From IMG/VR virus record IMGVR_UViG_3300029258_001513: a stretch of 64,000 bases of DNA. One strand, given 5' to 3'. Under the pieces are notes generated by a model. The model searched no databases and had not been told where the DNA came from. It was given only the letters and a program-made list of their open reading frames with translations. The stretch comes from an uncultured virus (IMG/VR IMGVR_UViG_3300029258_001513). Taxonomy: Duplodnaviria; Heunggongvirae; Uroviricota; Caudoviricetes. Position 1 is the first letter of the stretch; each line of letters opens with the position of its first letter. Below, one piece after another: positions 8,897-18,195 of the stretch. The position numbers and the translations under genes were made by a program.

Positions 8897-9057
8897 AAGA
8901 GCTGGGTACTACCGATAAGGTTTCACACGGTCCCGGTCTTGGTTATTGCGAACAGTGCCGTGCCGTGTGGAAAACGTCATGTATTTTCGAGGGGCACGAT
9001 GTTTTTTGGGTTCCGCAGGGAGTTGTTGTCGTTTTCAAAGAGGAAGAGGTTCCGTGA
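8893..9057 (+). CDS. PxG-tail mini-protein (54 aa, not in ORF track)
   Basis: Hand-translated ..GYCEQCRAVWKTSC..WVPQGVVVVFKEEEVP; GTGA overlaps at both ends. Confidence 0.7.
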   Translation: MKELGTTDKVSHGPGLGYCEQCRAVWKTSCIFEGHDVFWVPQGVVVVFKEEEVP

Positions 9058-9383
9058 AAACAATGTGTCTGCATTGCGGGCGGGTTGCTCGTTCCATGAG
9101 GCGTTCTCCGGCGGTTCCAGAGCCGATGCCGCAGTGTACTTGTGGGTCGATTGATACCTTCAAGATTGAAGACGGCGTGGCTTACGTGAAAATGGAGGAG
9201 GTTATCAAGCCCACGGTATTGCGGTGCGGGTTTTGTGCCAAGTCCTTGTGGTCGGAGAGGGACGTTTCGGAGTTTTGTCAGTGTCTTACTCGCATGGCTG
9301 GTAGGAGTTTCGGTATGTGGAGTCTTTCGAGGACGGAGTGTCCGAAAGATGTGGTGATGGTGGCGATGGAGGTTGTTGCATGA
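9054..9383 (+). CDS. double Zn-ribbon protein, variant tail
   Basis: CLHCG..CTCG..CGFC..CQC; CPKDVVMVAME. Confidence 0.65.
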   Translation: MKTMCLHCGRVARSMRRSPAVPEPMPQCTCGSIDTFKIEDGVAYVKMEEVIKPTVLRCGFCAKSLWSERDVSEFCQCLTRMAGRSFGMWSLSRTECPKDVVMVAMEVVA

Positions 9384-9411
9384 GGGTAGATTTTGAAAGG
9401 GAGGAACGGGC

Positions 9412-9723
9412 ATGACCGATGATGAGAGAAAAGAGGTTATAGAGGCGATTTGTTGTTGGGCCGAGGACAACGAATTCGATGTGACGTTTTTGGGCACACC
9501 ACAGGACCGGCATCTGTATGCTGATGCTATTGTGGGCACGGTGGACAGTCCGCGTCCGGCAATCGTGTATCTGCGTAGCAAGGTCATCGAGGTGTTGCGG
9601 TCGATGGGTTCCGGGGATTACGAGGAAGCCGTGGAGATGTATGAGTTCAACACGGTACGGACACTTCCTTACATCAAGGACGAGGAGGGACCGTTTATCC
9701 TTGTCGATGACATCATCATCTGA
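9412..9723 (+). CDS. phage hypothetical protein
   Basis: GGAGGA RBS; DAIVG..YEEAVEMYEFN pattern. Confidence 0.7.
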   Translation: MTDDERKEVIEAICCWAEDNEFDVTFLGTPQDRHLYADAIVGTVDSPRPAIVYLRSKVIEVLRSMGSGDYEEAVEMYEFNTVRTLPYIKDEEGPFILVDDIII

Positions 9724-9741
9724 AAACTGTTTGGAGTTCCC

Positions 9742-10206
9742 GTGTCGGTAGCCAAAGACTATACAAGAACAGTGGGGTTTCTCTTTAGTACGCACAACCC
9801 CCGTTGTAATCACTGCGGGAATCTCTATCTCGTTGGGTGTGAATGTGACACGGCGAATGTGAAGCCCGTCTGGGTTCCCAAGGGCACGGTACATGTCACC
9901 GGAGAGAAGCGAATAGTCTGTTGCACGCAAATGACGCGAAACGTGCATTATCGCGGCAGTTATCCGCCAGTTGGGGCGAAAACCATGTCGGACGTGCAGA
10001 TAGAAATGGCGAGGCTCCCGGAAGCCAAGAATGAGCTACGAGGATGGTGTGTTTTCATTGAGCAATACAAGGGACATCGGGCTCGTGTCAGGCGGCTTAT
10101 GCGTAGGGTCAGGGGTCTTGACGAAATCGAAGCGGCTCAGATGCTGGAACGGCTTGACAATTGCCCGTACCATACGGTGGTTGTAGCTCAGGAGTGCAGG
10201 GTATGA
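9742..10206 (+). CDS. two PxG-type modules
   Basis: VPKGTVHVTGE and CPYHTVVVAQE. Confidence 0.6.
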   Translation: MSVAKDYTRTVGFLFSTHNPRCNHCGNLYLVGCECDTANVKPVWVPKGTVHVTGEKRIVCCTQMTRNVHYRGSYPPVGAKTMSDVQIEMARLPEAKNELRGWCVFIEQYKGHRARVRRLMRRVRGLDEIEAAQMLERLDNCPYHTVVVAQECRV

Positions 10207-10520
10207 GATACACGGAAGAACGACGGGCGTACAAGTTGTTGCGGTTGAGGAAAAATGGTGAGCTTGCTTCGCCGTTCATCAATCGGCGTCCCGCGTTGCC
10301 CTTGGGGGTCTGGCTTCAGGCGTTTGATTTTCGCACCAAGGGTTTTGCTCATCGTCCCGGATGGCATTGTTGTCATGCCCCGGAGGCTCCCCATATCGGT
10401 ATGGCAGGTCGTGTGTGGGCCGAGGTTGTCATCCGGGATTATTACCATTTTCAGAGACCGAAAAATCAAGGCGGTTTATGGTTCATCGCCGAGTGGATGA
10501 GAATAGAGCGGGTGATGTGA
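10203..10520 (+). CDS. phage hypothetical protein
   Basis: ATGA coupling; TKGFAHRPGWHC..APH motif. Confidence 0.7.
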   Translation: MRYTEERRAYKLLRLRKNGELASPFINRRPALPLGVWLQAFDFRTKGFAHRPGWHCCHAPEAPHIGMAGRVWAEVVIRDYYHFQRPKNQGGLWFIAEWMRIERVM

Positions 10521-10777
10521 TGGCTGTTTACGTTGACTTCGGAAAAATACCATACGGCAGGATGCTGATGTCACACATGCTTGCCGATTCCGAGGAAGAA
10601 CTGTTGGCTATGGCAGACACAATCGGGGTTGCCCGTAAGTGGATACAGCGTCCGAAGGGAAAACCTGTTCATTTCGACATCTGCCAGTCAAAACGTGCTC
10701 TTGCTGTGAAAAACGGGGCTCGGGAAATAGGTCGTCGTGAATTTGTCGAACTGATGAGGAAACAGCGTGCGGGCTGA
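10520..10777 (+). CDS. DUF4031 family protein
   Basis: MAVYVD..MSHMLADSEEELLAMA..IGVARKWIQ..HFDICQSKRALAVKNGA. Confidence 0.85.
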   Translation: MAVYVDFGKIPYGRMLMSHMLADSEEELLAMADTIGVARKWIQRPKGKPVHFDICQSKRALAVKNGAREIGRREFVELMRKQRAG

Positions 10778-10784
10778 CAGGGAT

Positions 10785-11198
10785 ATGGCTGATGGTTACA
10801 GGTATGGCAGGACTTACCTGTGTCGTCACTGCGGGGAGATTATCACGATTCACAACCACGAATGGCAACATACGGAGAGGTGGGGTTTTGGAACGGCATG
10901 TGTGAAGAGAGGTAGTGGTTCAGCCGGTAAGCAGGCTCATCCAGTACCCTTCGGGACGGTGCATGTCTTCGACGAAGAACTGGTTAGTGGTCCCTATCAA
11001 AACTTGATGAGGAAAACTGCTTTCGAGGTACGTTGCGAGTTATGCTCGAAGCTGGTCAGTGTGCGTGACGATGCTAAGATTTTAGGATGGTGCCATTGTG
11101 AGGGGACCAGCGGCATGAACGGGAAGCATAGACAAGTCGTTCCGACCGGAGTGATTCTGCCCGGCAGCGAAAACCCGGTCAGTATTGGTTCCACGTAG
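10785..11198 (+). CDS. two fused PxG modules
   Basis: VPFGTVHVFDEE and VPTGVILPGSE. Confidence 0.7.
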   Translation: MADGYRYGRTYLCRHCGEIITIHNHEWQHTERWGFGTACVKRGSGSAGKQAHPVPFGTVHVFDEELVSGPYQNLMRKTAFEVRCELCSKLVSVRDDAKILGWCHCEGTSGMNGKHRQVVPTGVILPGSENPVSIGST

Positions 11199-11261
11199 AA
11201 ATCGTTTCACTCGGTACAGATTGTTCTTGTGTGAAACGGATAATTGTGCGAGGGTCCGTTC

Positions 11262-11753
11262 ATGGACAAAGCTGAGCAAGGCAGAGCGAAGAAGCGGATA
11301 GCGATAGCCTTACGTCGTTTTCTGTTGGGTTCGTATCCTTCGTGGCGGTACGAGAGGATATTCGGGTGTGATAGTGAATATCTCAGGGCGTTTGTCGAGC
11401 ATCAGTTTACGGGCGGCATGTCGTGGGAGAACTTCACAACGGAATGGCAGGTAGGTCACGTTGTGCTGGTTAGCTTCTTTGACCAGACGAATAGAGCGGA
11501 GACATCTATCTGTTGGAACTGGGTAAACATTCGTCCCGTTCAGAGCGAGCATGTGCGTTCATGGAATCCTGTTTTGGCTCGCAATATCCTTTTGAACCGC
11601 AAGAGGCATTTTTCTTCTAACGATGTTGTTGAGCTATTGTTAGCTCGACTGAACGAGGTGGCTGGTTACCGGGAGGGAGGGTCGGACGCTGACTGGTCCA
11701 CCTTCACGGTGGAAAACCAGCACGATATTCCATTGGAGGTGGAAGATGGATAA
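11262..11753 (+). CDS. degenerate HNH-endonuclease-like protein
   Basis: GC..L..FVEHQFTGGMSWENF..WQVGHV..F..CWNWVNIRPV resembles the QF..GMxWxN..WHIDH..NLQPL HNH group. Confidence 0.6.
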   Translation: MDKAEQGRAKKRIAIALRRFLLGSYPSWRYERIFGCDSEYLRAFVEHQFTGGMSWENFTTEWQVGHVVLVSFFDQTNRAETSICWNWVNIRPVQSEHVRSWNPVLARNILLNRKRHFSSNDVVELLLARLNEVAGYREGGSDADWSTFTVENQHDIPLEVEDG

Positions 11754-12267
11754 TGAAGAGCAGGAGGTTGGTATGAGAGAGGTAGAGGAAATCAAGGTCA
11801 GGCAGAGCGGGGGCGGATTAGGACGGGCGGTGTGGCTGGTGATGGCATTCATTATGGTTGTCCTGTTCGTCTTCACTGCGACAACTCCGATTGATGAGAT
11901 TCTTTGTGAGGGGTATCTCAATATCGGGCGTCGTGTGGATGGTTCCCCCACGATGAGGCAGTTCGCAGGTATGGCAAAAGCCGTCCAGAATCAAGGGAAC
12001 GGTCTCAATGAGATGATGAATAAGCACAACGCCTTGGTGGGAGGCATTCGCGGTGACGTGAAGAATTTGGACGACAAGATAGGCAGCACGCGGGTCGCCT
12101 TGGGCAGTAGGATGGCGACTATTGAGGAGACACTGATTGAGCTTCACGGGCTTGAAATGTGGACTCAGGCGAAGTCCAACGCACTTGAGCGGATAGCGAG
12201 TGAGCCCGCACTGGAACCGAAAAAGGTCAAGCCGGAGGATGGTAATGAAGACGATAACGGTGAATGA
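11746..12267 (+). CDS. membrane-anchored coiled-coil protein
   Basis: Hydrophobic AVWLVMAFIMVVLFVF followed by helical heptads. Confidence 0.7.
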   Translation: MDNEEQEVGMREVEEIKVRQSGGGLGRAVWLVMAFIMVVLFVFTATTPIDEILCEGYLNIGRRVDGSPTMRQFAGMAKAVQNQGNGLNEMMNKHNALVGGIRGDVKNLDDKIGSTRVALGSRMATIEETLIELHGLEMWTQAKSNALERIASEPALEPKKVKPEDGNEDDNGE

Positions 12268-12553
12268 TGCGGTTGTGGTGTTGAATGAGGCTTTCAGGGC
12301 AGACCCGGAGGCTATGTCTGCTTTGATTGAAACCCGAGTGTCCTGTAATGAGTCTTTGGCTTCTCATCCGACCATTCAGGTGTTAGCAGGGGAAGATGGG
12401 AGCAACCCCAAGGTTGGATTACTGGGTATTCTCAACGGACTTTTCGGTGTTCGTGGGGATGGAAGGGGTCATATTGAAGCGACCTATGACGACAGTTCTG
12501 GCTCTTTTGCGGGATTTCGCGCTGGGCCAGCAAAAGACACCTCCGATTCTTGA
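12245..12553 (+). CDS. phage hypothetical protein
   Basis: GGAGG RBS; LASHPTIQV..VGLLGILNGLFG. Confidence 0.7.
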   Translation: MKTITVNDAVVVLNEAFRADPEAMSALIETRVSCNESLASHPTIQVLAGEDGSNPKVGLLGILNGLFGVRGDGRGHIEATYDDSSGSFAGFRAGPAKDTSDS

Positions 12554-12728
12554 AAATCCCAAGTTTATTGTCTGTCCCAAATGCGGGGTGGTGAACCAGT
12601 GGGGGTGGGCTGACTCTCTGGCTGGGATTATTCAGTGCGATAACTGTTTTCATGGGGGATTTATTCAGGATTTTACCTGTGATTATCCTTCCGGTGTCGC
12701 TGTGGTGGTGGAGGAAACCCGATTGTGA
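12396..12728 (+). CDS. Zn-ribbon PxG-tail protein (start uncertain)
   Basis: CPKCG..CDNC; YPSGVAVVVEE. Confidence 0.55.
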   Translation: MGATPRLDYWVFSTDFSVFVGMEGVILKRPMTTVLALLRDFALGQQKTPPILENPKFIVCPKCGVVNQWGWADSLAGIIQCDNCFHGGFIQDFTCDYPSGVAVVVEETRL

Positions 12729-13306
12729 AAACTCTATTTCAAGTCTTTCCCAAGTACGCCCGGCCTATCAGCAAGAACAAATTGTACTGGGGAACGGATA
12801 AGGGGACTGTGCATAGTTACATCAAGATATATGAGTGGTTTTTCTCCCCCGTTCGTGAAAAAGTTGAGCGGGTGTTAGAGATAGGGATTCAAACCGGTGC
12901 CTCGCTGCAAATGTGGCGTGAGTATTTTCCTCGGGCCGAGGTTCACGGTGTGGACATAAAAAGGTGTCCTCGGAAGTTTTTACCTGCAAACAGAAAGCGG
13001 TTGGTTTTTCACAAGATGGACGGGAGGGATGTGGAGGCTGTCAATGGGGCATTCGATGACGAGTCGTTCGATATTATCATTGATGACGGGTGTCACCGTG
13101 CTGCTGTTCAGGCTGCTGTTGTGTGTAACTTCTGGTCGAAGTTGAAGTTGGGAGGGATGTATGTTGTCGAGGACGTTTCCGCTCCCAGTATCGTTTTGAA
13201 CAGCTTGGTGAAGGTGGGGGCGTGTGCGGGACTTTTCAGTTTGGAGCACGAGAGACCGAATAAAGAGGACAACAATCTTATCGTGGCGTTGAAACATGGG
13301 CGATAA
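12725..13306 (+). CDS. class I SAM-dependent (sugar O-type) methyltransferase
   Basis: TDK..HSY..Y, VLEIGIQTGASLQMWREYFP, FDIIIDDGCH, GGMYVVEDV. Confidence 0.88.
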   Translation: MKTLFQVFPKYARPISKNKLYWGTDKGTVHSYIKIYEWFFSPVREKVERVLEIGIQTGASLQMWREYFPRAEVHGVDIKRCPRKFLPANRKRLVFHKMDGRDVEAVNGAFDDESFDIIIDDGCHRAAVQAAVVCNFWSKLKLGGMYVVEDVSAPSIVLNSLVKVGACAGLFSLEHERPNKEDNNLIVALKHGR

Positions 13307-13769
13307 AAACTGGTATGACGGTAGGTACGTTCGAGCCGAAAACGGTCGTTGTATTGATGCGGCGATTCACGACATTTGGGCTCATCCCTGTCCGTCGTCT
13401 GACATCGAAGCCTTCGGTGATAAAAACAGACTCGTTTTGGGATGGCGGTGCAAGTGTGGTGCTGCTTGGGAGATGCGTTTGATTGACGTTCAGAAGGGAG
13501 GGCGTGCTTCTCGATACTCGGAGGAAATCAGAACTGAGCAGGGGAGGCAGCGACTTGTCTCCGTTTTCAGGGAAGCCATTGTTCCACGGTGCGAAGAGAG
13601 GCTGAACCCGGTAACAGCCCGGCTGATAACGAAAAAGGATTGGTTGTGGGCTGTCGGGGAATACATGCGGGTGTATTCCGTTGACGATTATCGTGAGGCT
13701 CGCAGGCAGTTGCTTCGCAGGAGGTGTCCGAGGGGCGTGGCGGGAGTTTTTGACGAGGGACAAGTGTGA
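13296..13769 (+). CDS. PxG-tail protein (157 aa)
   Basis: Ends CPRGVAGVFDEGQV. Confidence 0.65.
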   Translation: MGDKNWYDGRYVRAENGRCIDAAIHDIWAHPCPSSDIEAFGDKNRLVLGWRCKCGAAWEMRLIDVQKGGRASRYSEEIRTEQGRQRLVSVFREAIVPRCEERLNPVTARLITKKDWLWAVGEYMRVYSVDDYREARRQLLRRRCPRGVAGVFDEGQV

Positions 13770-13969
13770 ATGGTTCAAGTCATTGTGCCCTGTGCGGAAA
13801 ATGGACGACTATCTACCATACAAATTGGAGTGTTCCTGTTGAAAAAAGCCTGTGCCATGTCTGTCACACAATTCTGACCGAGAAGCGGCAGAAGGTGCCT
13901 GCTGGATGTGTTTTCGTGTGGCTTGAGAAATGTCTGGGGTTTGGTTGTGAAGTTCAGCTTGCGTACTGA
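13766..13969 (+). CDS. PxG-tail mini-protein
   Basis: CALCG..CHVCH; VPAGCVFVWLE. Confidence 0.65.
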   Translation: MNGSSHCALCGKWTTIYHTNWSVPVEKSLCHVCHTILTEKRQKVPAGCVFVWLEKCLGFGCEVQLAY

Positions 13970-14147
13970 TGATGGTCTTCTCCCGATTTCCGACAAGGTG
14001 ACAGAACAAGATGTTCGGCGTTGGTTCCGCGAAGATTTCACTGACCGGGAAAAGTACGAGATTTTGACCGGGAAAATTGTGCCGGACGGGACGGCGTTTG
14101 TGAGTGACGAGGAGACGGATGCGGGTAACGGAGATATGCCGATGTAG
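13947..14147 (+). CDS. PxG-tail mini-protein without Cys
   Basis: VPDGTAFVSDEE. Confidence 0.6.
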   Translation: MKFSLRTDDGLLPISDKVTEQDVRRWFREDFTDREKYEILTGKIVPDGTAFVSDEETDAGNGDMPM

Positions 14148-14352
14148 TGAGTGCGGCGTTCGGATTGCCTTCATCGCTCACGGTGACGGGAGTGCTGCGA
14201 ACCAATACATGCTTGGGCGACATTCCGTTGATTGTCCCAGCTTGAAGGGAGAGGGTACTTGGTGGCGTCCTGTGGCAAACCTAATAGGTGTCGTGGTGAT
14301 TTGGAATGAGCAGATTGATACCAGTATTGAATCCGGGAGCATGGCGATGTAG
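14119..14352 (+). CDS. Cys-rich mini-protein, variant tail
   Basis: CSECG..H..CP; LIGVVVIWNE. Confidence 0.55.
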   Translation: MRVTEICRCSECGVRIAFIAHGDGSAANQYMLGRHSVDCPSLKGEGTWWRPVANLIGVVVIWNEQIDTSIESGSMAM

Positions 14353-14587
14353 TCATTGCGGGAGGCAAGTGACTCATGTTTTTCGTGTCACCGGAAAAAG
14401 GGCGACGGGGGTTTGCTCGGTTTGTTCGGGCAATGTTCCAGCGATGGAGATACCGAAGGGTTGCGTATTCATTGTCCGGGAAAAGGCTCTTCCTATGGTG
14501 TCTTCCGAAAAGATGGAAGCCCAACACGGAACGAGTTCCATTTCCGCTTTTCGAGATTGCTTGCAATCCCACCATCAAGCTCTCTGA
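14306..14587 (+). CDS. Zn-ribbon PxG-tail mini-protein
   Basis: CSHCG..CSVC; IPKGCVFIVRE. Confidence 0.6.
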   Translation: MSRLIPVLNPGAWRCSHCGRQVTHVFRVTGKRATGVCSVCSGNVPAMEIPKGCVFIVREKALPMVSSEKMEAQHGTSSISAFRDCLQSHHQAL

Positions 14588-14693
14588 TATCAAAGCTCGA
14601 CGGTTCAACATCGTGGAGCCACCCCTTGGTTGCGTGGTTGTGACTGACGAGGAATGGATATGTTCGGTTCCCGAGGAAACCATCACGGTGTAG
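14376..14693 (+). CDS. PxG-tail protein (start uncertain)
   Basis: PPLGCVVVTDEE. Confidence 0.5.
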   Translation: MFFVSPEKGRRGFARFVRAMFQRWRYRRVAYSLSGKRLFLWCLPKRWKPNTERVPFPLFEIACNPTIKLSDIKARRFNIVEPPLGCVVVTDEEWICSVPEETITV

Positions 14694-14694
14694 A

Positions 14695-15240
14695 ATGGCA
14701 CAGAGCAATAGAGAGCTTCTGAACCTGATTCACCATACGGAGGAAATCCTCAAGGGGACCAAAATCTGTGCTTTTTGTTTTAGGAAACCACCGGAGCACC
14801 GATTGGTCGTGAGATTTGATGGCGATGTGCCTCATTGGTTTTGCCCTAATTGCGGACGAGAATGGAAGGAAAGGAGAGAGTGGCTTGGTCCAGAAGGGAC
14901 AATCACGCCGTTCGATGAGGAAGTCGTGGGGGTGGGGGTGGCGGTGCAAAATCTGAAGATACAGGCTGAGGAAGACCGTCGGATATTTGAGGAAATCGAC
15001 AAGGCGATGGTGCCGAAAGGAAGTGTGTGGGTGAAGGACGAAGACAATCTCGGACAGGCTTTTGACCCGGACACCATTTCGGTTGAGACTTTGCGAATGA
15101 TGGACAAGGCGGCGAAGAATTTTCGTCGGAGCGTGTTGTGCGTCGTGCCGATGCAAGAAGAAAGGGTGAATTATGGAGATGGAATTAGCGTATCTGGCAG
15201 CACCCCTGTCGCATCCCGAAATAGAGGTGATGCAGTCTAG
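14695..15240 (+). CDS. multi-module PxG protein
   Basis: CAFC..CPNCG; GPEGTITPFDEE, VPKGSVWVKDE. Confidence 0.65.
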   Translation: MAQSNRELLNLIHHTEEILKGTKICAFCFRKPPEHRLVVRFDGDVPHWFCPNCGREWKERREWLGPEGTITPFDEEVVGVGVAVQNLKIQAEEDRRIFEEIDKAMVPKGSVWVKDEDNLGQAFDPDTISVETLRMMDKAAKNFRRSVLCVVPMQEERVNYGDGISVSGSTPVASRNRGDAV

Positions 15241-15511
15241 GGTTGAAGCTATCAACCGGGCGACGGCTCACCTCTTTGAGAAGGGCGTGGCTGTTATCTC
15301 TTTGGTCGGTCAGTGCTGGCCAATATCGCAACAGTGTGGTCTCAGAACGGATTTCGAGTGGTGGCGTTGGTATAACAAGGCTGTGATTTCCCGGTGTGGT
15401 CGGGTCATCATTCTCAAGCTGGACGGATGGCAGGAGTCGATTGGGGTCAAGGGAGAAGTCGAGATTGCCGAGGAATTTGGAATCCCTGTTGAATACATGG
15501 AGCCGGTGTGA
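15173..15511 (+). CDS. DUF1937 / nucleoside 2-deoxyribosyltransferase-like protein
   Basis: YLAAPLSHP..DGWQESIGVKGEVEIAEEFGIPV. Confidence 0.8.
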   Translation: MEMELAYLAAPLSHPEIEVMQSRVEAINRATAHLFEKGVAVISLVGQCWPISQQCGLRTDFEWWRWYNKAVISRCGRVIILKLDGWQESIGVKGEVEIAEEFGIPVEYMEPV

Positions 15512-15912
15512 ATCGCTCCATTCTCGTTAATCCCAAGCGAGTCACTTCATGGCTTCTGTTGCGATGTGTAAAGTGTGGTCGCACGGACATGGCTCTCATC
15601 AGGGGATTGTTCTCCGAAGGTGGCACGTGTTGTGGTCAGGACATGTCTGAATCTCTTGTCCCTGACCGTGTGGTGTGCGTGTGGAATGAAGAGCGGGTGA
15701 CTGTTGTGGAGCACGGTCTTGTTGCTCGTCGTGTTCCCGGTGGCAACTTCCGTGTTTATCGTAATGGGGAAGAGTGCGGGCGGTTCTTTGACCCGAACAG
15801 GGTGTGCCCGGATGAGTGCCGAGTGACGGTCTTCGGTGTTCCCGGAGAAGCTGAATGTCGGTACAGAGTGGAGGGGATTGTGATGGCACATGACGAGGAG
15901 CGTTTGACGTGA
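15508..15912 (+). CDS. two modules with variant PxG tails
   Basis: VPDRVVCVWNEE and VEGIVMAHDEE. Confidence 0.6.
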   Translation: MNRSILVNPKRVTSWLLLRCVKCGRTDMALIRGLFSEGGTCCGQDMSESLVPDRVVCVWNEERVTVVEHGLVARRVPGGNFRVYRNGEECGRFFDPNRVCPDECRVTVFGVPGEAECRYRVEGIVMAHDEERLT

Positions 15913-16277
15913 GAAAGAAGAACTACGCGGCGGTTCGCATCCGCAAACAATTGGAGAGGGCGGCTGAACAGGCTGGCTTCGGTGTGCCGCTTCGAGTGAG
16001 TATGACTTACTGGGCTCACATGCGTTCCAACATTCGTAAGGAGACCCGTCAGGAAACACGGGTCGAGCACCAGAAGGACGGTATCGTTGGCAAGTGGAAC
16101 GGGCACGTGATTTTCGCCCTTGCCGGTAATCCCGATGAGCCGCTTCCGCACCCCAAGGGTCTTGAGATTCTGGAGACGATTGCTGCCGAGAAGCGTGGTG
16201 AGAAGAAGGCCCGTGACGACGAGCAACGCGAGATAGACCGATTTCTTGAGGACTTTGAGTTTGAGAACATTGAATGA
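15909..16277 (+). CDS. basic hypothetical protein
   Basis: GAGGAG RBS, GTGA overlap. Confidence 0.7.
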   Translation: MRKKNYAAVRIRKQLERAAEQAGFGVPLRVSMTYWAHMRSNIRKETRQETRVEHQKDGIVGKWNGHVIFALAGNPDEPLPHPKGLEILETIAAEKRGEKKARDDEQREIDRFLEDFEFENIE

Positions 16278-16492
16278 AAGAGTGTCCGAACAGGGAGTGC
16301 CCGGATTATGATATCATTGGCAGCGAACATTCCTGTCGGGCTGGCAGGCTTCCACAATACTGTGAGCGGGCGAGGAAGTGGCATTGTGGGGCGGTGGTTG
16401 TCCGTGATGAAGAGGTGGACGACGGCACCCTTCCGAAGACATCGCGTGGTTCGATACTGTTGTCGCTGTCATCGGAGGGCTTACGGTTGTGA
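16274..16492 (+). CDS. Cys-rich mini-protein, variant tail
   Basis: CPNREC..C..C; CGAVVVRDEE. Confidence 0.55.
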   Translation: MKECPNRECPDYDIIGSEHSCRAGRLPQYCERARKWHCGAVVVRDEEVDDGTLPKTSRGSILLSLSSEGLRL

Positions 16493-16622
16493 TTGTGCTT
16501 GGGTTGTTGCATCCAATATAGCGGCACGCTGTCAGGACTTTGCTCAGGCGTCCCGACTGTATAGGACAAACACGTTTGACGATGCCGGGTGTGTGGTCGT
16601 GAGGAATGAACATCCATGTTGA
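16407..16622 (+). CDS. Cys-rich mini-protein, variant tail
   Basis: CCRC..CDC; AGCVVVRNE. Confidence 0.5.
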   Translation: MKRWTTAPFRRHRVVRYCCRCHRRAYGCDCAWVVASNIAARCQDFAQASRLYRTNTFDDAGCVVVRNEHPC

Positions 16623-16816
16623 TGACGGAGGAAAATGCGAAAGCTATGGAGAGAGCCGTATCTGCGGCGGAAAGGGGACGTGTTCGCTGCAAAAAGTGCG
16701 GTAAAAGATTCTTCAGCATCTTCCAGATTTGTGAATGTGGCGGGAGGGCGACAATGGTTCTGCCGGGCTGTGTATGTGTTGAGGAAGAAACTCTTTTTGA
16801 AAGGCTTGGGGTATGA
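16616..16816 (+). CDS. Zn-ribbon mini-protein
   Basis: CKKCG..CECGG; LPGCVCVEEE. Confidence 0.65.
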   Translation: MLMTEENAKAMERAVSAAERGRVRCKKCGKRFFSIFQICECGGRATMVLPGCVCVEEETLFERLGV

Positions 16817-17499
16817 AGGTTTCCGTGGTTATCGTGACGTACAATCGACCGTTCATGCTTGGACCTTTGATTTGCCAGCTACGGGAGCAGACGGTTCCGG
16901 TCGAAATTGTCGTGGTGGACGATGGGAGCAAGCAGGCAATCCCATGTGGTGACCGTTACCTGTGGCGGACGGATGACGGGTATCATCGGACATGGATGGT
17001 CAATCGCGGCGTGGAGTTAGCTTCCGGTGATATTGTGATTTTGTTGGACGACGACATACGCCTGAAAAGCCGGACGTGGGTGCGGGCACATTTGGATGTT
17101 TTCAAGGACGCTCATGTTTCCAGAGGGACGTTCTATATGGGGCGTTACAACGACGGCGTGTTCGAGCAGACCTCTCCCTACATCTTCGGTTTGCCGGGCA
17201 CGTACTGGTCCAGTGTCAATGTCGCCATGCTGAAGGATGTGTGGCACGCGGTCGGAGGTTACGACGAACAGTTCGATGGGGCTTATGGGTTTGAGGATGT
17301 CGATTTCGGATTGAGGGTCAGGGAAGCCGGGTTCAGGATTGGGAAGGCTGGTTCAAGTGCGATAGTAGAGCATATCGGGGAGCCTTACTGCGGGGATGAT
17401 GAATCCCTCATGGATAGAAACCGTAAGCTGCTTGAGAATAAGTGGGGTGATTCTGTGGACAAACTCATGGCAAGAAGTGGTGGGGGCGTTCCCGGATGA
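16813..17499 (+). CDS. glycosyltransferase family 2
   Basis: VSVVIVTYNRP, VVVDDGS, ILLDDD, VGGYDEQF..YGFEDVDFGLR. Confidence 0.93.
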   Translation: MKVSVVIVTYNRPFMLGPLICQLREQTVPVEIVVVDDGSKQAIPCGDRYLWRTDDGYHRTWMVNRGVELASGDIVILLDDDIRLKSRTWVRAHLDVFKDAHVSRGTFYMGRYNDGVFEQTSPYIFGLPGTYWSSVNVAMLKDVWHAVGGYDEQFDGAYGFEDVDFGLRVREAGFRIGKAGSSAIVEHIGEPYCGDDESLMDRNRKLLENKWGDSVDKLMARSGGGVPG

Positions 17500-17744
17500 A
17501 AGAAAGGTTCTCTACGAAGATTGTTGTGGAGTGCTGTTGCAACGATTGCAAGCGTGAGTGGGACATGACAGCGACTATCGGTTTGTACGGGAAGATTCAT
17601 GCCGTGGGGCTTTGTCCTTCTTGCGGAGGGACGCCGCATTATGTTCGGCAGAAGACTGTGGCTTGGCCAACGGGTCGAGTGCTCGTGACGGAGGAAGCCG
17701 AGGCACCCTTGAAGCCGGGACCGGTTCTGGAGGCGAACTGGTGA
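17496..17744 (+). CDS. Zn-ribbon PxG-tail mini-protein
   Basis: CNDC..CPSCG; WPTGRVLVTEE. Confidence 0.65.
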   Translation: MKERFSTKIVVECCCNDCKREWDMTATIGLYGKIHAVGLCPSCGGTPHYVRQKTVAWPTGRVLVTEEAEAPLKPGPVLEANW

Positions 17745-17776
17745 TATACTCGCTTCGTGATGGGCATTGATTTGAT

Positions 17777-18034
17777 ATGAACGTGTTTAGCCAGCTACGG
17801 TCATGTGATGAGTGCGGCGAGCTTTGTCTTCACAAGGAAAGGAATCAATCGTTTCGTGATGGCAGGGTCCGGGCGTGCCCTATTTGTTTCAGCTTTTGTG
17901 TCGAGAGGGGTCCGACCTATCAGGGTTTATGCCTCGACTGTGACCGAGGCGATGTCCTTCGCCGAATGTGGGTCGAATACGATTCTTCCGCAGTAGCCGT
18001 TGTCCACGAACACCTTACAATGGTGAATACGTGA
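17777..18034 (+). CDS. Cys-rich mini-protein
   Basis: Three CxxC pairs. Confidence 0.55.
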   Translation: MNVFSQLRSCDECGELCLHKERNQSFRDGRVRACPICFSFCVERGPTYQGLCLDCDRGDVLRRMWVEYDSSAVAVVHEHLTMVNT

Positions 18035-18195
18035 AGGCTTGACTGTTTGGGAACCAAAATCATTGTAAGGTATTGTTACGGTGTAGTTTATGAAAGAAAC
18101 CTCTTGTCTTTGTTTCCGTGTTTGATAGACTTCATTTGAATCTGCGTTTTAACTGCTGGTCGGTCTGGCAGGGCGTGGAGTAAAGGAGAAGCAGC

